Source of the DNA: Basidiobolus ranarum | Lineage: Eukaryota | Direction of reading: 5' to 3' | DNA length: 44,335 nucleotides | NCBI GenBank assembly: GCA_040143965.1 | Contig: JASJQH010006906.1 | Location: 1 to 44,335 of the forward strand | Shown: one piece after another, positions 28,337-40,569 of the stretch | How the letters are laid out: every line of letters begins with the position of its first letter | Position numbering within the stretch: the stretch's first letter is position 1 | Program-made: the position numbers and the translations under genes | The notes under the pieces: model-generated | What the model saw: the letters and a program-made list of their open reading frames with translations, nothing else | What the model was told of the DNA's origin: nothing | The model's database searches: none

Positions 28337-30175
28337 CTAGTTAGTTTCACATATCAACTCAATTAGCCTGTCAATCCTAGAAAGTCTGGCTTCAAACTGA
28401 GGCAACATATGATTTCCGAATGCATTGAATGTATCTTGAGTCCATAGACGCTCGCTCATGGCACCCAGCCTACCTTTTAAGCAGTGAATTTCTTTTTCGA
28501 CTTCAGATTCCCACACTACAATACTGGCACCGTGTACTCGAGGTCCTCTTGAGTAGGGTGCTCCAGCTTCCTTAGGCAAAGTGACCCATTTTGTCTTCCT
28601 TCCTCGTTCAGGGATGCCTCCGAATTCACAACTCCCTTGCCACTTGAGAATATCTTTGACGGAGGAGCCATCGGTTCCTACCACGTATAAGGGTGACCAC
28701 GCTCCATTGATGATGCTGTAGCCGTCTCGGATCAAGTGATCTGGTTGGTAATCTTGCATTGACCAGGTCATGATCAAGATATCCTTTGGTGGGAGTGGGG
28801 TCGAATGTGCAGCAAAGGATTCCCAAACGATGGACCTTCTGGTGGGTTGATAGAAACCAAGATCGGCTGGAATGTTGGATCCGGGTAAGGTCGGAGGAGA
28901 GTAACACGAGTGAATGTTAAGATTTCTAACATGGTAATTCATGAAGCCCATGAAATCCCATAGTAATTCCTTATCTGAGGAAATGTGATGTTTTCTATTA
29001 ATAGCTCTCTGAAAATGGGGATCTTCATCAGCATCAGTCACATCAACCTCGTCGAAGCCAATATGTATATATGGAGAGTAGGGGAACAGTTTGGCTACAT
29101 GGCTCAACATGGGCAGAATCACACAGTTTAGCACCGTTTCATTGGCGAAGTTGACTACTGAGCGTATACGATCCTGGCCATCATTACTGTATGTGCCCAA
29201 GAGCTCAGGTGAGGACCGAATGAGGGCTTCAGAGTGGCCAGGAATATCGAACTCTGGCACCAAGATGACTCCACGTGTAAATGCGTACAAATTCAGGTCT
29301 TTCAATTCTTGAATGGTATAGGCTGGCTCACCATGCACGTTATGAATGGCTTTCCCGATTTCTGATAAATCCACCCCATTATAGAATTCCGGACTGGGCG
29401 AAGGGATCATGAAGTTCTCGTTATCGGTCAAATGCAAATGCAAATATCGAAGCTTATACAAACTGCACAGATCGATAATGGATTGTAGATGCTCAATTGA
29501 ATGGTACTCTCGTGCCACATCCAACATCAATCCACGATATTCGTCAGGTGTCGATGGCCAATCTTCAACGATGATATTTGGCCATATAAATTCGTTTGGA
29601 GTGCGCTCCTCCAATAGTTGAACGAGGGTACTGACTGCGTATGCGGCTCCTTCGGGGTTTTGAACATCTATGGTAACTTGCCGTTGTTGAGCATCAATGA
29701 CAACCCTGTACCTACCATCCATAGAAGCATCTCCAAATCTTTGTAGATTAAAACTAACATTTACGATATTGCTTTGGGGATTTCCCCCTCCAAGAAATTC
29801 ATTCGTGACCACTATTCTCTCTTCCCCGGCATTTAATATCCGTTGTAACCATGCTTTCAACACCAAAGCGTTCCCCAAGAGCCAACTAGAGTTACAATTA
29901 ATTTCTACGCTAACCTCTCCTAGTGATATCAGAGCGACGTGGTCATGTTTCGTTTCATTTTTGGGGGTTGGAATCACCTGAAATTGATGCTCTAATGTCA
30001 AGCCCGGTCTTGGTGGAACTACTGGAGGAGCATTTTCACAAGGGTACTGTTGAGGTGTGTCATATCTTGAGCCAGGTGGTGTTTGTGAGTTCCCGGAGTC
30101 TTCTTCACCCAAAACATCCTTAGCCTTGTATAAAGCTTTCTTAAAAAAAGTGCTAGTTTTCTGTAGAAAAGGCAT
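28337..30175 (-). CDS. Glycoside hydrolase family 20 beta-N-acetylhexosaminidase (intronless, no signal peptide evident)
   Basis: GH20b-like domain, then YRGLMLDVAR, LHLHLTD, VPEFDIPGH, catalytic HIGFDEV, VVWESE and AMSERLW. Confidence 0.92.
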   Translation of the reverse strand: MPFLQKTSTFFKKALYKAKDVLGEEDSGNSQTPPGSRYDTPQQYPCENAPPVVPPRPGLTLEHQFQVIPTPKNETKHDHVALISLGEVSVEINCNSSWLLGNALVLKAWLQRILNAGEERIVVTNEFLGGGNPQSNIVNVSFNLQRFGDASMDGRYRVVIDAQQRQVTIDVQNPEGAAYAVSTLVQLLEERTPNEFIWPNIIVEDWPSTPDEYRGLMLDVAREYHSIEHLQSIIDLCSLYKLRYLHLHLTDNENFMIPSPSPEFYNGVDLSEIGKAIHNVHGEPAYTIQELKDLNLYAFTRGVILVPEFDIPGHSEALIRSSPELLGTYSNDGQDRIRSVVNFANETVLNCVILPMLSHVAKLFPYSPYIHIGFDEVDVTDADEDPHFQRAINRKHHISSDKELLWDFMGFMNYHVRNLNIHSCYSPPTLPGSNIPADLGFYQPTRRSIVWESFAAHSTPLPPKDILIMTWSMQDYQPDHLIRDGYSIINGAWSPLYVVGTDGSSVKDILKWQGSCEFGGIPERGRKTKWVTLPKEAGAPYSRGPRVHGASIVVWESEVEKEIHCLKGRLGAMSERLWTQDTFNAFGNHMLPQFEARLSRIDRLIELICETN

Positions 30176-30552
30176 AGTTACATGCGACTATGGGTAACCC
30201 ACTCCACTTTTATACTCATTGGTGATTGCATGGGAAATCGGAGGACAATACACCACTGAGCACGGCAATCGGAATCAATAAATAGCAATTTTTAAAGTAG
30301 CAATATGTTAGTGGAATATACAAGTAAATTATCGTAACATAATGACTCTTTTATATCCAGCGCCTCTTGGCGTTGTATTATGGCTAGATCAGAATTACAA
30401 TGTTTATCCATTTTAGCGCTTTTTATTGGTTAAGATAAAAGAAGTTGGGGATGTATGATTCATTAGGTATTTGGCTATAATAATTGAAATACCGCTAGAA
30501 ATACAACTAGAAATACAGCTTGCGAAACACTGATTTAATCACGATCACTGGT

Positions 30553-30628
30553 TTTAGCTCAGTCAAGTTACCTAATAAGTGCTGTTTCTGTTTAGCTCAG
30601 TCAAGTTACCTAATAGGTGCTGTTTCTG
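30553..30628. repeat. 38-bp tandem duplication (2 copies, 1 mismatch)
   Basis: TTTAGCTCAGTCAAGTTACCTAATA(A/G)GTGCTGTTTCTG at 30553-30590 and 30591-30628. Confidence 0.9.
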
Positions 30629-30947
30629 ATACATTTGTGTTCTGGCTCGAGAGACTACTCGAGAAACTCTACTTTTCTAGCTCAGTGAAGAATAAGAAGG
30701 TTATATATATTCGTACTTTGTTAAGTATGTCGAAGCTGGTAGAGGGAGATCTAAAGTTCATTTTCACTGGATCCAGCCCAACTTATCACCATAACAGTGT
30801 TCTAGCTCCCGCCTTGCCGCCTTCCCACTTATTTGTCATATATGTTGTAAACATTCTAAACCAGGAGGAGTAACATTCATGTATACTTGATTTCTGATAG
30901 TAGAAGACGTAAATAATTCCAACTATTACCAGGTTTCTCTGTATACC

Positions 30948-31631
30948 TTATCGATTTAGGGGTAATAATTCAGAGCCAAGAGGCGGATAACAAATAGAGT
31001 ATCCATTGGAATAAGGATGGCGGCTGTATACATTGGAATAAGGATGGTGGTTAGAATTTCTTGTGATATCACAATAGTTGGATTTCCAAGAATTTAAGAA
31101 GGGTAGATCTACTGTATCCAAGTAGGTGATTTCTTGATGGTGTACAAATTGCTCTACATAAAGCAACCATTGAGAGAACTCTTCTTCCGACATATGTAAA
31201 TCATATTTAATTGAACGGAGAAATTCCACTTCCATTTGGTTAAGCTCCTCCACTGGGATAAAGGTTATGTCGGACCAGGTTTGGTTTGTATATGTGGAAT
31301 CTTCCAACATCTTATGAGATATCATTAAAGAAATCACGAATAGTCGGCATTCAGATCCCTCTTCCCCACGAATTCCGGGACAATACTTCGTTAATCGTTG
31401 TATGTATTTTAAACCGAGAAAAATGACCGATGGACTCGCTTCACTACGCGTTATCACTCCTTTATAGAAATCTCGAAACATTAAGTTAGGTGTCTCCAGT
31501 CTTATATTGGGCTGATAATGCCACATTTGATGTACCATATAACCAGCAAAATTTGACAGCAGAGGGATGTTTTGATTTGAAAATTGGGATAGTAGCGGAT
31601 ATTTAACCGACAACCAAGTTTGTGGCATCAT
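30948..31631 (-). CDS. Pho80/Pcl-family cyclin (intronless)
   Basis: Cyclin box: LGLKYIQRL...SECRLFVISLMISHKMLEDSTYTNQTWS...ELNQMEVEFLRSIKYDL. Confidence 0.9.
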   Translation of the reverse strand: MMPQTWLSVKYPLLSQFSNQNIPLLSNFAGYMVHQMWHYQPNIRLETPNLMFRDFYKGVITRSEASPSVIFLGLKYIQRLTKYCPGIRGEEGSECRLFVISLMISHKMLEDSTYTNQTWSDITFIPVEELNQMEVEFLRSIKYDLHMSEEEFSQWLLYVEQFVHHQEITYLDTVDLPFLNSWKSNYCDITRNSNHHPYSNVYSRHPYSNGYSICYPPLGSELLPLNR

Positions 31632-32369
31632 TTAAAGAGATCTTTGTTTTACAGGGTAGTTACGATTTAAGGATTAAAAAGCGATATCTCTAAAGAAAGT
31701 GAAGGCAAGCGGTGTGAACGGGGTGATGGAGCTCCTTGTTAGGAGGAGAGGGAAAGAAGGGATCCAAATTCACCAGTTTGGAGTAATCCAAGATGGAGCG
31801 AACAGATAGTATAAGGTGAAGTACATTTGAGATTAGGGACTCATTTGTATTATATACAGATAGCCAGAAACCATAGTAAATAAATGGCTGAATTCTCTCA
31901 AAAACTCAGGAGGTAGCGTGGTACATACATAATTGTGCTTTATTCATCGTTGATCAAATTATGCATTAGGGATCATAGACTGTAAATCCATTTGTATGGA
32001 AATCTTATTTTTGTTCGTCTTTGTTGCTTGTTCCAATAATCACATTTGTTCCTCTTTATCACACCACAAGCCGTCCATTTAGTGTACTCATTCTGTACAC
32101 ATAACTCGTCTTTGTTCAAATAAGTTGTAAAGCAATAACAGTGTGCCAGGGTAGCAAAAGATGGTCATATAGCTGAAGCACACGCCACCTGCAAACCATG
32201 ACTGATTTCTATTATTTAGTATTGTTTATTGTGCTCATATATTAGCATCAAGTAGCCTTTAAATCGATATATCAGAAATCACGCAGTATTATAGGAAGCT
32301 ATAACCATTGCTTATATAAACGATAAAGAGAAACCAGGTTTAGTGATGGTACGATGGTCTTCAATCAAG

Positions 32370-32623
32370 TTACTAATCATTACTAATTCTTCTTCCTATG
32401 AAATTGAAACGTACCTTTCACTTTATGCAAAATCACATCAATTCTTGACTAATCTACTTCTACAATTTCATAAATTTAATATCCAATGAAAAGTCTGAAA
32501 TTAATAAGCTGGAGATCATTTTTTCTATGAAAAATGAATAGTGTATATTAGTCAGCAATACTGATTAGTAAGCAAATGGAAACACGATGATTTTTTTCTG
32601 CACACTTTGGCTTGGTATAAATA
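32370..32623. promoter_or_regulatory. Cluster of Yap1/AP-1-like response elements and TATA box upstream of the OYE gene
   Basis: TTACTAA 32370-32376 and 32380-32386, TGACTAA 32446-32452, TTAGTCA 32548-32554, TTAGTAA 32565-32571; TATAAATA 32616-32623. Confidence 0.6.
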
Positions 32624-32683
32624 GTCAGTGATTCTTACCAATGGTATTTATCATTTCAAGACATAAATCTCCGATATCACAAA

Positions 32684-33862
32684 ATGACTGTTGCTCAAAA
32701 CATTTCTTCTCAGTTTGTTCAGCAAGCTAAACCAGCTCCTGGTGCCGTGATGCCCACTCATCAAGGTGAAATTCCGGGCCTATTCAAACCTTTAACTATA
32801 CGTGATGTGACTTTGAAGAATCGCATTGCTGTACCACCCATGTGCACCTATACCGCTGAAGATGGCTTTATGAATGATTTCCATCTTGTACATATTGGCC
32901 AATATGCCAATTATGGTGTTGGTTTAATCATTGTAGAAGCTACTGCAGTGCTCCCTAATGGTAGAATAACTCCTAATTGTCTCGGCTTATGGAAAGACGA
33001 ACACATGGTTCAAATGAAGAGGGTCGTAGACTACATCCATGGTGCCGGATCTATTGCTGGTATACAGATTGGCCACGCAGGTCGTAAGGCATCCACTCCA
33101 CCACCATTCATCGTTAAGAAATCTGACAGAGAAACCCTCACAGATGCACAAGGTGGCTGGGGAGATATCTGGGCTCCATCTCCCATTAGCTGGGATGAAG
33201 GTTGGGCAGTGCCTCATGAGATCTCTTTAAGTGATATTGCCACCGTCAAACAAGCATTTGTCGACGCAGCCGTTCGTGCTAACCAGGTTGGATATGATGT
33301 ACTCGAAATCCATGGTGCTCATGGTTACTTGATCAGCGAGTTCCTCTCCCCCATTAGTAACCAACGTACTGATGATTATGGAGGTAGCTTTGAAAATCGC
33401 GTACGACTTGCTGTTGAGATAGTTCAAGCAATTCGTCAAGTCTGGCCAGCCGAAAAACCTCTATTCTTCCGTATCTCTGCCTTCGAATGGGTTGAAGGGG
33501 GATGGTCAGCTGAAGATACTATCGAGTTTGCCAAAATAATTTACCCTCTTGGTGTTGATCTATTAGATTGCTCTACAGGTGGCAACGTTTCCACACAAAA
33601 GATCGCCGCTAAGCCCGGGTTCCAAGTAACATATGCTGAACAGGTCAAACATCAAGTTCCAGGATTGTTAACCGGAGCAGTTGGTTTGATTACTGAAGCT
33701 CACCAGGCCAATGAGATTGTTGAAAAGGATGAAGCTGACTTGGTACTCATAGGAAGAGAGCTCCTACGTAATCCTACTTGGGCGTTGCAAGCGGCTCTAG
33801 ACTTAGGGGTTGATGTTAACTGGCCTGCACAGTACGGCTATTGCTCTAAACCTCGTAAATGA
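32684..33862 (+). CDS. NADH:flavin oxidoreductase / Old Yellow Enzyme, YqjM-like class (intronless)
   Basis: LKNRIAVPPMCTY, EATAV..GRI, QIGHAGRK, EIHGAHGYL..FLSP.SNQRTDDYGGSFENR, GRELLRNP.W, WPAQY. Confidence 0.95.
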   Translation: MTVAQNISSQFVQQAKPAPGAVMPTHQGEIPGLFKPLTIRDVTLKNRIAVPPMCTYTAEDGFMNDFHLVHIGQYANYGVGLIIVEATAVLPNGRITPNCLGLWKDEHMVQMKRVVDYIHGAGSIAGIQIGHAGRKASTPPPFIVKKSDRETLTDAQGGWGDIWAPSPISWDEGWAVPHEISLSDIATVKQAFVDAAVRANQVGYDVLEIHGAHGYLISEFLSPISNQRTDDYGGSFENRVRLAVEIVQAIRQVWPAEKPLFFRISAFEWVEGGWSAEDTIEFAKIIYPLGVDLLDCSTGGNVSTQKIAAKPGFQVTYAEQVKHQVPGLLTGAVGLITEAHQANEIVEKDEADLVLIGRELLRNPTWALQAALDLGVDVNWPAQYGYCSKPRK

Positions 33863-34153
33863 TTACCCCGATCTGTCTCTATAGTTCAATACAATACGTC
33901 ATAGACATAATTTACGCACAAACCAATAAATCATTATCATAATGAGATGTTTATTATATATATATCATCAACAGTTAGAGATTTAGGAAACGATCATCGG
34001 TAATACAAGCGATCGTTGCTAATCTGAGGGCAAGAAATGAATTTTTACGAAGTCTTAAATATTTGGTGTTTACATGTGCTAATTAGAAATTACTAAGGCT
34101 CATTCCACTCTCGCATTTAATACAAGTATGTAACAGGATCACTTATGAAGTTA

Positions 34154-35458
34154 TCAAATACGGATATACCAACCTCTCCAATCCATAAAGTAGGCAATTG
34201 GCACGTAAACCAGCCAGATCCAACTTAGAGACCAAGCTAAACTAGCCAGATGTCCAGGTAACCAAGAAGCCCAGATTAGTTTATACATAAAACTATAGAA
34301 GCTCATGGATCCTCCCGTGGCGAAACTCAAGGAAGTATTGATTCGAACGAAATACATAAATCCAGCGAAATTCTCCGCAAACACGTAGATAATGAGGGGA
34401 TTTTTGCCAACGACTATACAAGTATTGAAGAAAAATCTGACAATTCGGTAAGGTGAGTTCAGGAAATCTTTCACATCAATAGCCCACATAAACACGGCCA
34501 ACACGGACACCGATACACCGCCAGCCAAGAGAACAAACGTAGGTGTCCATAGTGCTTTACTTATAGGAATGCCAGTTTGAATGAAATATGAAAATATCAT
34601 CAAAAATATAGCGATGAGCAAGAGCTGGGCAATCTTTTGGTAGCGATACGAGATTTCAACTAGCTTTTGACGGCGTTTCAGGATGTTCATACCAATAATA
34701 ACCCCTAGCCAGCATGAAACGCATGCCGTAACAGTGGACAAGCTTCCTTCTGGGTCGAATCTCTTCTTCTGATAGTTATGATTTTGCCCCCATAGATTAG
34801 AATCAAAGTAGGATTGAGTTGAGCATTCAGCGGTTAACAGTCCTCGTCCACAGCCCTCCCATGGAACGTTTACACCATAAGCAAGAGCAATCCACAACAC
34901 TATGGCGCTCAGGGGAAACCCAATACGTAGATAATAGTAGCCGATGGTTCCCTTGCGCTGTTTATAAGATAAGATGTACAGTACAGCATTGACCAAGTAA
35001 CAAATAGCTAAGCGTTGTAGCACACCCACAGGCCTCCACCATCCGGCAAGTCCATCCCACGCAAATGGGAAAGTATTATTCCAAATACCCAACAAGTAAA
35101 TGATGACAAATCTTTTTATGACCTTGAACCACATAGCCTTTTGGGAGATTTTCCCTTCGTTGGCGTGAATTGCTAGTGGAATAGCCAAACCCATGATAAA
35201 CAAAAAGTTGGGGAAAATCGAATCAGCCACCGAGAATCCTATCCACTCTGGATGCTCTAAGATACTGAAAGCGTCTGGTTGATAGTTACATAAGATCATG
35301 AACATTACGGTTAATCCTCGAGATACATCCACCGAGACTAATCGTTTAGATTTTGCTTTGGGAATTTCTTCGATGTCCAGGGTAGTTTCTTGTATTGTTT
35401 CCTTCATTTCTTCGTGTACCCTGTCAGTGTCATCTTGGGTCTTGGTAATTTCATTCAT
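34154..35458 (-). CDS. HGSNAT/NagX-like transmembrane acetyltransferase (intronless)
   Basis: RLVSVDVSRGL, LEHPEWIGFSVADSIFPNFLFIMG (conserved His), GVLQRLAICY, FDPEGSLST, PISKALWTPTFV, GKNPL; many hydrophobic segments. First ATG at 35458. Confidence 0.9.
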   Translation of the reverse strand: MNEITKTQDDTDRVHEEMKETIQETTLDIEEIPKAKSKRLVSVDVSRGLTVMFMILCNYQPDAFSILEHPEWIGFSVADSIFPNFLFIMGLAIPLAIHANEGKISQKAMWFKVIKRFVIIYLLGIWNNTFPFAWDGLAGWWRPVGVLQRLAICYLVNAVLYILSYKQRKGTIGYYYLRIGFPLSAIVLWIALAYGVNVPWEGCGRGLLTAECSTQSYFDSNLWGQNHNYQKKRFDPEGSLSTVTACVSCWLGVIIGMNILKRRQKLVEISYRYQKIAQLLLIAIFLMIFSYFIQTGIPISKALWTPTFVLLAGGVSVSVLAVFMWAIDVKDFLNSPYRIVRFFFNTCIVVGKNPLIIYVFAENFAGFMYFVRINTSLSFATGGSMSFYSFMYKLIWASWLPGHLASLAWSLSWIWLVYVPIAYFMDWRGWYIRI

Positions 35459-36121
35459 GGTATAGAATGGGAGATGGAGTAGGAAAGTCCAAGTCAGTAT
35501 TTTGATGGATGGAGGCTTTATATACAAAGCTACTTTTGTTGTCAAAAATTTTTATCTGAATTAGAGCTCCTAGTGTGTGACGATAGATGGAGTTAATTAG
35601 CTCTTGAATTAGAATATATTCAAATGTCATTAAAATATTTAGAGCCCAATTAGTACATATATATCTTAGAACGGGTTGACGCCGTGGATATTGAAATCAA
35701 GATAGAGTTTGCGATACACTTGTATAAAGCGTTGCATTTTATGAGGCAACACTGTATATAGTAGAATTGATGTATACCAGACTTCCGAATACACTGAAGG
35801 ATCGGCAACTGGGCACTAGGTGGATATATTAAGCTTAATGAATGTGATACTAAAAGTCTCCTGACTGAATTGTCACCATTAGTTAACGCTTCCCCGGCTC
35901 AGTAGCTTGCTTCTCACAAGTTCATTCCAGGATTTGTTATGTGCTAGACAAAAAAGATTTATTACAATATGAAAGCCTTAATTTTACACTCAACTAAGAC
36001 GACACTTCAATAATAGAATGTGAACAGTAACTACGGATACATTCAATGTGTAAGTTGCATAGATTATACATAAAATAACCATCTTCAAAATAAATAAATG
36101 AAATTTGGCCAGTTGCTAATT

Positions 36122-37423
<1,302 letters not shown>

Positions 37424-37756
37424 GATGCAATACAAGTGAGAAGTAGTTTGTGTAAGTAACTGATCTGTGGCTATTAAAGCTCAACACTCAGTTTGATACT
37501 TGAATTTTAGTGAAGTGTGTAGTTTTACCCACCGCACCTTTTCTAGCTCTTACAAAACCCCTAAATGAAGCAAATTTAACACGAAATCACCATACAAATA
37601 CACATGAAAATATGATCGATTAATCTAATGAATTAAGATCAACCGATAATGAATAATGCCAAAGGTGAATTTACAACTTTCGGAGATAATTCGACCACCA
37701 AGTCTCAACTATTTTGATAAACACTAATCTTAAACCACCGTCAAGCTCATCTCAGT

Positions 37757-39555
37757 ATGATTAGTGCCTTCTTCATTTACAATCAGAAGGGAGAGGTATT
37801 AATTTCTCGACTATATCGTCAAGATTTGAAGTAACTTCTACTCCTATTCCCTCTTTATGTAACTTTCTTCTGATGGATATTTTTTTAGACGTTCTATAGC
37901 AGATATCTTTCGCATACAAGTGATCTCAAACACAGAAGTTCGCTCACCTATTATAACTCTTGGGTCTACTTCTTTCCTCCACGTGAGACATGAGAATCTG
38001 TATCTCGTGGCGGTAACAAAGTGGAATGCAAATGCTGCGCTCATTTTTGAAGTGTGTTACCGAATGATTAATATTGGAAAATCTTATTTCGGGAAGTTTG
38101 ATGAGGAATCAGTAAAAAACAACTTTGTTCTGATCTATGAACTTCTAGATGGTATGACACTGCTTTATCAACAATTGAATATTCGAGCAGAAATCATTCA
38201 ACAATAGAACATATTTCCTAATTTCACTTCATACGTTTTTTAGAAATTCTTGACTTTGGCTATCCTCAGAATAGTGAACCAGAAACCTTGAAGATGTATA
38301 TTACCACGGAAGGTGTCAAAAGTGAACGTGCCGGGGTATGTATTTATTGATAGCATTTTCTGGAGATTCACTTGAGCCAGTACTAATCCTATCCGAGTAG
38401 AAGGTAGATTCCTCTCGAATCACTATTCAAGCCACTGGTGCTACATCATGGAGACGTGCAGACATTAAATACCGTAAAAATGAAGCATTCATGGATGTCA
38501 TTGAAAACGTCAACCTCTTGATGAGTAACAAAGGTATTTTGGTGTTTGGGTCATAAGTTGTGGTGTTCAATTGAAAAGCTCATATTACGAGCAGGAACTG
38601 TGCTGAGAGCCGACGTAGCTGGACAGATCATCATGCGGGCTTATTTATCTGGAACACCTGAGTGTAAATTTGGTCTGAACGATAAAATTCTTCTAGAAAA
38701 TGACGTGCAAAGCAGAGGATCGTAAGAGTGGTTACTTGACAAATCAGCCTAACACACAGTACTAACACTCTGCATTTTAGAGCCCCACGACGCACCAATT
38801 CAGTTGCCATTGATGATTATCAGTTTCATCAATGCGTCAAATTGGGGAAATTCAATAATGATCGAAGCATTAGCTTCATTCCACCAGACGGTGAATTTGA
38901 ACTGATGAGGTAGGCTTTTCCTTCATCTTGTAGAAACAGCCTGGAACTAACCATATGTGTCTGTAGATACCGTACAACCGAGAATGTCAACATTCCTTTT
39001 AAAGTTTATCCTGTTGTAAATGAAATGGGAAAGACTAGAGTGGAATACAAGATTCAAGTAAAAGCCAACTTTTCGCCAAAGCTCTATGCCAATAATGTAG
39101 TTCTCAAAATACCTACCCCACTCAACACTGCTGGGACTAATATCCGAGTGAGTTCTGGAAAAGCCAAATACGTTCCCGATGAGAACTGCATCATATGGAA
39201 GTAAGAGTAGTTTTTTAAGTCAAACAGAGAGCATTCTGATTAACACCCTTCTTGGCAGAGTTCAAAAGTTCCAAGGACAGGCGGAGTATGGCTTTAGCTG
39301 CGAAGTTACTCTAACTTCCATGACCATTGTGAAAGCTTGGTCTAGACCACCCATATCCATGGACTTCCAGGTTCTGATGTTCACTTCCTCTGGCTTGCTA
39401 GTCAGATTCTTGAAAGTATTTGAAAAGAGCAACTATCAATCTGTCAAGTGGGTGCGGTACATGACCAAAGCCGGATCTTATCAAATCAGAGTAAGCTGAG
39501 TCCATTATATATGTGAGTGTATATCTAGATACTGACTGATTTTAATTAGTTCTAG
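37757..39555 (+). CDS. AP2M1: AP-2 adaptor complex mu subunit
   Basis: [116 protein letters not shown]. Confidence 0.97.
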
Positions 39556-40569
39556 ATGTAAGGGGCTATCACACCACCCGCCACCCGCCACCCACATCTA
39601 TGCTCTATAATTACCTCCTTTAGAAAAACACAATACACACCCATGCTGCCCTGCCCCGCCCTGAATCGAATATCAGATTTTCTCAAATGCCTTCATTCTT
39701 TACTCCCATCTAGAACATGCAATCAATATTCTCGTTAAGAAAGTCACATCCCCATATTTCTGTGGTTGATAAATAGATCTCACCTGTTTTCACAGCATAC
39801 TTGCCATGCTTACGATATCATTTTTAGTTCTTTGCTTGGTTGACAAAACATTTCGGTCTTGATGGCACACCAGCAGAAACAATAGTCCTTATTGTGCTAC
39901 CAAATATACATAATTATAGCCTGTTCTACTTGATCATCTAATTGCCGATATTTGTTATTACCCATGTCATAGGTCGCATCTAGATTAAATATAGAACTTC
40001 AGTCTCGAATTCCGATTTGAATAAACTATAGTATGATATCATTGAAATCCAATGGTTTCAATCTGCATAACATGTTGCTCAACCCATCCACCAAAGGGTA
40101 AATCTGGTGAATTTCCTGCGGCATGTTACCATTCATTCTTAAATTTACCCAGAGATCTGGCCAGATGAGAGGGGTGGTTGATACCCTGACCCAAAGATAA
40201 CACGCCATTTAAAATCAGCTTATGTCATAATAGACCGAGTCACATTAAACTCTCAAAACCATAGTCCTTTTGGTGAGATAGTGTTTTCTCCTTTTCATTT
40301 CTCTCTCCGACTTTTAAAGTAAAAGAGACAGTTTCCTTTGATACTTCAACTTCTTTTTCTTTATTCCAACCAAGATTGTGTTGGTATTGTGTTTAATACT
40401 ACTTTCTAACTTTGGCCTTAATCATCTGGATTCTTGAATCAGATTTTTCTGCCTATTTGAGTGTTGTCTTTGTTTTTTTTTACTAAAGAAAACAACTAAT
40501 CGACTTCTTAAACCGAACATTATTTCATGGAGAGCGTTGCAGCTCTTTAAACCTGTTTTTTTACTCTGC

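Noticed and set aside
30553-30628. CRISPR-like repeat
   Set aside because: Two directly adjacent copies, no spacers, eukaryotic context.
30520-30873. 117-aa ORF across the tandem duplication
   Set aside because: TTG start, no recognisable domain, repeat-derived.
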